DNA of 33,282 nucleotides from the NCBI GenBank assembly GCA_048941265.1, contig JBHLNT010000031.1, forward strand, positions 1-33,282, written 5' to 3'. Positions within the stretch are counted from its first letter, which is position 1; every line of letters starts with the position of its first letter. Shown piece after piece: positions 28,400-33,282 of this stretch. The notes under the pieces are model-generated. The model was not told where the DNA came from. It did no database searches and worked only from the letters and a program-made list of their open reading frames with translations. The stretch is from Promethearchaeota archaeon (GTDB taxonomy: Archaea; Asgardarchaeota; Lokiarchaeia; Sigyniarchaeales; SOKP01). Made by a program: the position numbers and the translations under genes.

Positions 28400-28885
28400 T
28401 CATTTTTTATATTTCTTAGCGATATTTCTAGCCAGATCCATTTGCTCTTTTGTTTCTAAACTACATGGTCTAAGCCTGCGTATCCATTTGACAGGATCAA
28501 CGCCATCTGGTAAAAATCCATTATGAGCCGCCCATGCAACTACAAATTGTCCCGTCCTGCCACATCCCGCAACGCAATGTACCACTATTGACTCGTTATT
28601 TTTTCCGTGTTTATCACATATAGAAAGGAATGTTTCAATCTGATTATCTGTTGGGACTCCAAAATCAGGAACATCAATATGGTAATATTTAAACTCCCTT
28701 GAAATTTCTTGCCTATTATTAAATTCAGAACAATTTATTACTACTTGAATCCCTTCTTTTTTATATATCTCAATTTCTCTTTTCTCTGGCCACCATCCGG
28801 CGGCAAGTTTATTCCTTACAATCCAAGTAAATGGTTCTGTTCTCTTAGGCATCCCACCTTTAGGCCAGTAGTAAGGTCTCACCAT
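28400..28885 (-). CDS. dual-specificity/protein tyrosine phosphatase family protein
   Basis: VPDFGVPT acid loop and VVHCVAGCGRTG (CX5R) active site; ATG at 28885 preferred over TTG at 28900. Confidence 0.92.
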   Translation of the reverse strand: MVRPYYWPKGGMPKRTEPFTWIVRNKLAAGWWPEKREIEIYKKEGIQVVINCSEFNNRQEISREFKYYHIDVPDFGVPTDNQIETFLSICDKHGKNNESIVVHCVAGCGRTGQFVVAWAAHNGFLPDGVDPVKWIRRLRPCSLETKEQMDLARNIAKKYKK

Positions 28886-29049
28886 ACTTTGTAATATCAA
28901 TCATTGCATAAAATTCTTTATTTCATATCCTTTTCTTTTAAAACGTCGTCGAGCTAAAATTAAGGATTTGGTTAAAAATATAAAAAAATAGATATTAAAG
29001 GTCTGATTGGATTGTTTGTTTAAGCCAAATATTATAAATCAATGTTCAC

Positions 29050-32000
29050 TTAAACTTTCTCAATTCTTAATAAATTTGATTTTCTCTTTTTTATTATGAT
29101 AATTGAAACTGCAGCCACAATACCCCCAATAGAGCTCACACTAATTACTAATAATATACCATCAAGAGCATTTTCTCCTTTACCACCATCATCGTTATCT
29201 CCATTTCCACCATCACTAATTAATGGGATTGTATAACTAAATTGAAACGTTTCTTTAAATAAATCTCCTGTAATATTACAATATTCTATTTCTAATTCAA
29301 ATTGTAATGTTGTACCTCGAGGCATAGAACTGGGAAGTATAAATACCGGAAAACCGCTATAAGATTCCGTAGTATCACCTGGATCAATGCCATTCCATTG
29401 AATATGGATAGTAGGAATAAGGAAAATAAACCATATGTAATATGGCTGAGGAATAATAACTCTGGAATCCGAACAAGTAAAATTTGTGCTAAATATCTGT
29501 AAAGCACTTCCATCTCCTAAATTTTTGAAATTAATCCCGAATATGCCTGTCTCACCTGGTTCTACTATTCCATTATAGTTAGATAAGTCCAGATCTAAAT
29601 ATTCAATGGAATCTAACTCAAGATTTGGAATTCCTGGTGTCCTTTGTTGAATACTGCAATTAAATGTATTATGAAAGAATGGAGTAAAATCATCTGAATT
29701 TTCTATTTTGGCAAAAAATATACCCTCAAATTTGACAACGGAACCTGTATGGTTATATGGGACTGTAAAATCAAAATCATCACTACTCCATGTAGAATCG
29801 TCAGAATATAACCTATAATCAATATATATATTATAATCTAAAATCTCGACAGTTGAATCACTTTTAGAAGAGACAATCATGAAAATATCTGAAACATAAG
29901 AATAACCATCTGTAGTGTTGACGAAAAATTCAATACTTCCATCTTCTTCTCCCTCAATAATCCCATCCTCATCTTCTAAACCATCATCATCTACTGTTTT
30001 ATTAGTAATAACTAAATGAATTGGCAAATCCTTAATGATTTCAAATTCAATAGGAATCTCATACAAAATAGAACTTGAATTTAATATCCGGAGATCAATA
30101 TAATATGATCCACTTGTTCCTTCGGGGATATTTATCGAGATATTCAAATAATATTGTCCTATCCCTTCTTCAATGGCGATTTCATCTACTGAAGATGGAT
30201 TGTTATCAAATGACACATAAGACTTTCCATTCCCTGTTTTATTAATTTTTAAATCAGTGAAACTTTCTCCTTGTAAAATAGTACAATTCCAAAATAAAAA
30301 TTGACCTCCATATTTCAATGTCAATGGATTATCTATAGGTGAATGTGGGAAAAAGGTAATTAAGGATGTAGTTATTACTTTTATATCTCTTTGTAACACA
30401 TTATTCGAATAAGCGTATTCAAATTCATCTTTCAAATGATCAGCTAATACTTTGATGTTGTGAACGCCGGTACTATTGAAGATAATAGGAATTGTTATTT
30501 TAACCACTTCTCCTGGAAGTAACCCATTAACTTCTGTCTTGTTAATTTCAACATCATCTACGAATGTAGTTACATTAAATTTTGATGATGCAGAAAAACC
30601 TATGTTTGTTATTGAGATATTTAGGGATGATTCTGTTGCATTATAAATTGGATTTGGGACTGTGAGTGTGTCTATAGTAATATCAGACTTATCTAGCTTA
30701 AAAAATGGAGTATTCTTAGCTTCTTTGACATTATCAATAAAATTGGATTTATTATTTCCAAATGAAAGAATAATAGGAAGATATGCATTCGAGTTAGGCG
30801 AAAAGGTTGAATTTAACCATTCTTGGATCAAAACTACATCTCCATGGTAATAAGTATTGTTGGATAATGTATCATCTATCAAATTAGAATAAGCTAAATA
30901 CCAATCATTAACTTCGAATGCAATCGATTGATTCATCGATGCGAACCCTAGAAAATTATTTGGGTAAAATCCGAATTTTGGATGAGTTTCTTCATCATAA
31001 TATGTATCATTAGCAACTAATGCATTAATACTCTGAATAAATTCACCATCATCATCATAATCTTCCTCATCCTCCATCTTCATAGGACCATAAATCTCAG
31101 GATCCATATAATAATAAAATTTTGTATTTAATACATCCGAATCATCAAGCGATGTGAGATTAAAAGAAACTCGTATCCATTTTGAATCGTTATAATTTTC
31201 ATATATGATATCAATCTTAAAAATGCCATCGGGAGTTTTTAATGACTCAATTGCGATCTTATGGCTTGTGTTAAAAACTAACCATCTCATTTCTCGAGGA
31301 TAATTTTCAATTAAATCATATGAGGTGTAAAATTTCTGTTCTTCATTGGTATTATATCTAATAGCAAAAAACATTTCCCAGATATCTTCATATGCTATAG
31401 CAGAATAACTAGTGTTTCGATGCCAATCACCGAAAAAGTCAAAATAAAAACGTGGATTAATTCTAGCTAATAATCCTTGATTATATATTTCGAGCATATC
31501 GATTCTATTCACTCTTATTAAATCTTTGCTACTACTAACATAATTATTGTTTATTAAATTGTATGCGGCATAAACATCAATTTTCCCTGCTCCTTGAATA
31601 TAACTCGAAACACCAAGATCAACCGCAGAAGCCATTAAGGCAGTTTTTAGTGTTGTAGGCATTAGTTTTGGATCTGATTGTAATAATAACGCAATCGCTC
31701 CAGCAACAAATGGAGTGGCCATACTTGTACCGCTTTTTGAGGTATAGTTTTGATTGGTTTGTTGTCGTATCGACTGATTTGCTAATGCTGAAACAATATC
31801 TACGCCTGGTGCACACAAATCAACTCCCATCCTTAAATCTGGAGTAGGACCTCTGCTAGAGAAATCTGCTATATTATCATTTTGGTCCACGGCCCCCACG
31901 GTTATAGCTTTCGCTGAAAGTCCTGGAGATTCTAAAGTAAAAAAATCATCTCCAGAATTGCCGGCAGCAATAACCACTGTCTTATTTAAATCCCATGCGG

Positions 32001-32967
32001 CTTCTACAGCCTGAATTATTGGGTCATCAATGAATCCCGACCCTCCGAGAGACATTGAGATAATATCTGCTTCATTTCCATTATTCGGATCATTATCATC
32101 TCCATATACAGCGTATTCAATACCTTTCATTATCCAACTCGTATATCCCCCATACGTCGTAAGGACTTTCACATTCATTAATTTAGTTCCAGGCGCCACT
32201 CCTCTAAATTGATAAGATGATGCTTCCCCTGTTCCTGAAATTATTCCCGCAACATGTGTTCCATGACCAACATTATCACTTGTATCCTCATCTATTATAC
32301 CATCAAAATTGAAATCAATAAAACTTGTCTCATTAATTACTTTTGGATCGTCGGTAGAAGGATTATCATCAAGATCATTCAAATCCGGATGAGTCTCATC
32401 TATCCCTGTATCTAATACAGCAACAACGACTCCGCTCCCATTGAGATCTAAATCCCATAGATATGGAGCACCTATTTGAGAAACACCTTGGTTAACTAAT
32501 GGGGTATATGGTGTTTTATAGGAAGGAGATCCCCTAAATTCATCATATATTTTTTCTTTTTCAAACGATAAAGGATAAACTTTCTTATCTAAATAAATTC
32601 TCTTAACTGAGGGGGATTTAGCCAAAGAATGAATTTTATCACTCGAAAGGCTCATAGATGTAGCTGGAATTAACTTGTAATTATATATTGTTTTATTTGA
32701 AATCTCGTCTAAATTTTCCTTAAGCCCCTCATCATTATAATTATATAAAATTATAACTGGTAGACATTTACTTTCTTTTTTTGAATTAATTACTTGTAAT
32801 AATTGGGAATCAATTTTATCTCTAATAATTTCTTGATTAGAATCCTCGTTAAATGCTGGAGATATATTTTGAATACTATTCGAAAAGGTAGGGGATGTTA
32901 AAATAAACAAAAAAAATAATAACTTGAACACTTTTTTTTTATATTTATTCCCATCTGGCGAACTCAT
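29050..32967 (-). CDS. secreted, C-terminally membrane-anchored S8 (subtilisin-like) serine peptidase with CARDB/Ig-like domains
   Basis: Signal-like N-terminus, propeptide, catalytic VAVLDTG / HGTHVAG / SGTSMATP, oxyanion AAGN, CARDB-like segment, G/D linker + TM + basic tail. GAGGT precedes ATG at 32967 (track starts at 32991). Confidence 0.93.
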   Translation of the reverse strand: MSSPDGNKYKKKVFKLLFFLFILTSPTFSNSIQNISPAFNEDSNQEIIRDKIDSQLLQVINSKKESKCLPVIILYNYNDEGLKENLDEISNKTIYNYKLIPATSMSLSSDKIHSLAKSPSVKRIYLDKKVYPLSFEKEKIYDEFRGSPSYKTPYTPLVNQGVSQIGAPYLWDLDLNGSGVVVAVLDTGIDETHPDLNDLDDNPSTDDPKVINETSFIDFNFDGIIDEDTSDNVGHGTHVAGIISGTGEASSYQFRGVAPGTKLMNVKVLTTYGGYTSWIMKGIEYAVYGDDNDPNNGNEADIISMSLGGSGFIDDPIIQAVEAAWDLNKTVVIAAGNSGDDFFTLESPGLSAKAITVGAVDQNDNIADFSSRGPTPDLRMGVDLCAPGVDIVSALANQSIRQQTNQNYTSKSGTSMATPFVAGAIALLLQSDPKLMPTTLKTALMASAVDLGVSSYIQGAGKIDVYAAYNLINNNYVSSSKDLIRVNRIDMLEIYNQGLLARINPRFYFDFFGDWHRNTSYSAIAYEDIWEMFFAIRYNTNEEQKFYTSYDLIENYPREMRWLVFNTSHKIAIESLKTPDGIFKIDIIYENYNDSKWIRVSFNLTSLDDSDVLNTKFYYYMDPEIYGPMKMEDEEDYDDDGEFIQSINALVANDTYYDEETHPKFGFYPNNFLGFASMNQSIAFEVNDWYLAYSNLIDDTLSNNTYYHGDVVLIQEWLNSTFSPNSNAYLPIILSFGNNKSNFIDNVKEAKNTPFFKLDKSDITIDTLTVPNPIYNATESSLNISITNIGFSASSKFNVTTFVDDVEINKTEVNGLLPGEVVKITIPIIFNSTGVHNIKVLADHLKDEFEYAYSNNVLQRDIKVITTSLITFFPHSPIDNPLTLKYGGQFLFWNCTILQGESFTDLKINKTGNGKSYVSFDNNPSSVDEIAIEEGIGQYYLNISINIPEGTSGSYYIDLRILNSSSILYEIPIEFEIIKDLPIHLVITNKTVDDDGLEDEDGIIEGEEDGSIEFFVNTTDGYSYVSDIFMIVSSKSDSTVEILDYNIYIDYRLYSDDSTWSSDDFDFTVPYNHTGSVVKFEGIFFAKIENSDDFTPFFHNTFNCSIQQRTPGIPNLELDSIEYLDLDLSNYNGIVEPGETGIFGINFKNLGDGSALQIFSTNFTCSDSRVIIPQPYYIWFIFLIPTIHIQWNGIDPGDTTESYSGFPVFILPSSMPRGTTLQFELEIEYCNITGDLFKETFQFSYTIPLISDGGNGDNDDGGKGENALDGILLVISVSSIGGIVAAVSIIIIKKRKSNLLRIEKV

Positions 32968-33108
32968 TATAACCTCGCCCATTATTTTCAATTTAATTTA
33001 AATTTGGTTTGGATATTTAAAAATTCTTTACAATTTTAGATATATAAAATTGATTGAATATAAAAATCTTTACTCTATAGAGGACGGTAATTAAATTAGG
33101 GATTATAA

Positions 33109-33198
33109 TTAAACATGATTTAAAGATCCATCATTGAGGTAATTGGGGCTCAATCTTCTCCAAAAATCAAGAACAAATTTTTTTCTTTCTTTCGGATT
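33109..33198 (-). pseudogene. short remnant of a paralogue of the 9239..10417 hypothetical protein
   Basis: NPKERKKFVLDFWRRLSPNYLNDGSLNHV* vs KRKQTIFLLDFWKRLAFSYFQNGKL in 9239..10417; bounded by stops, no start codon. Confidence 0.5.
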
Positions 33199-33282
33199 TT
33201 ATAACTTTTTTAAATCAATTTTAATATGATTCTGATAAATTAAGGTAAATATATGTTAAAGATTTGTGTTCAATAATCTTAA

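Noticed and set aside
27028-32212. Small ORFs 27028..27228, 27140..27343, 28709..28894, 29292..29513, 30662..30850, 31619..31816 and 32030..32212
   Set aside because: Overlap longer supported genes; no independent RBS or motif evidence.

Overview
Very AT-rich prokaryotic window, most likely from an Asgard archaeon (Lokiarchaeia-like). This is inferred from three longin/roadblock-type genes, GAGGTG/AGGTGA ribosome-binding sites, long TPR proteins and a GGR-like reductase. In order it carries: a truncated sensor histidine kinase, a longin-roadblock protein, a SIR2 + 18-TPR protein, an FAD oxidoreductase, a membrane protein, two coupled unknown genes, a degenerate tRNA-Thr(CGT), a bacterial-type GT4/GH130/GT4 cluster, a superoxide-reductase remnant, hemerythrin, a PAP2 phosphatase, a split PEP-synthase-like pair, a TPR protein, tandem alpha/beta hydrolases, a dual-specificity phosphatase and a large membrane-anchored S8 protease. 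The most striking feature, missed by the ORF track, is three 48-52 aa ORFs at 24265, 26523 and 26842. Each has its own RBS, an acidic N-terminal region (closely similar in two of them) and a variable Pro/aromatic-rich C-terminal 18-19 aa. They flank two full alpha/beta hydrolases plus a remnant of a third, and look like a precursor-peptide (RiPP-like) system. Several genes also appear to start at non-canonical codons (ATT, CTG, ATA). All calls come from manual translation and motif recognition; no database searches were run.
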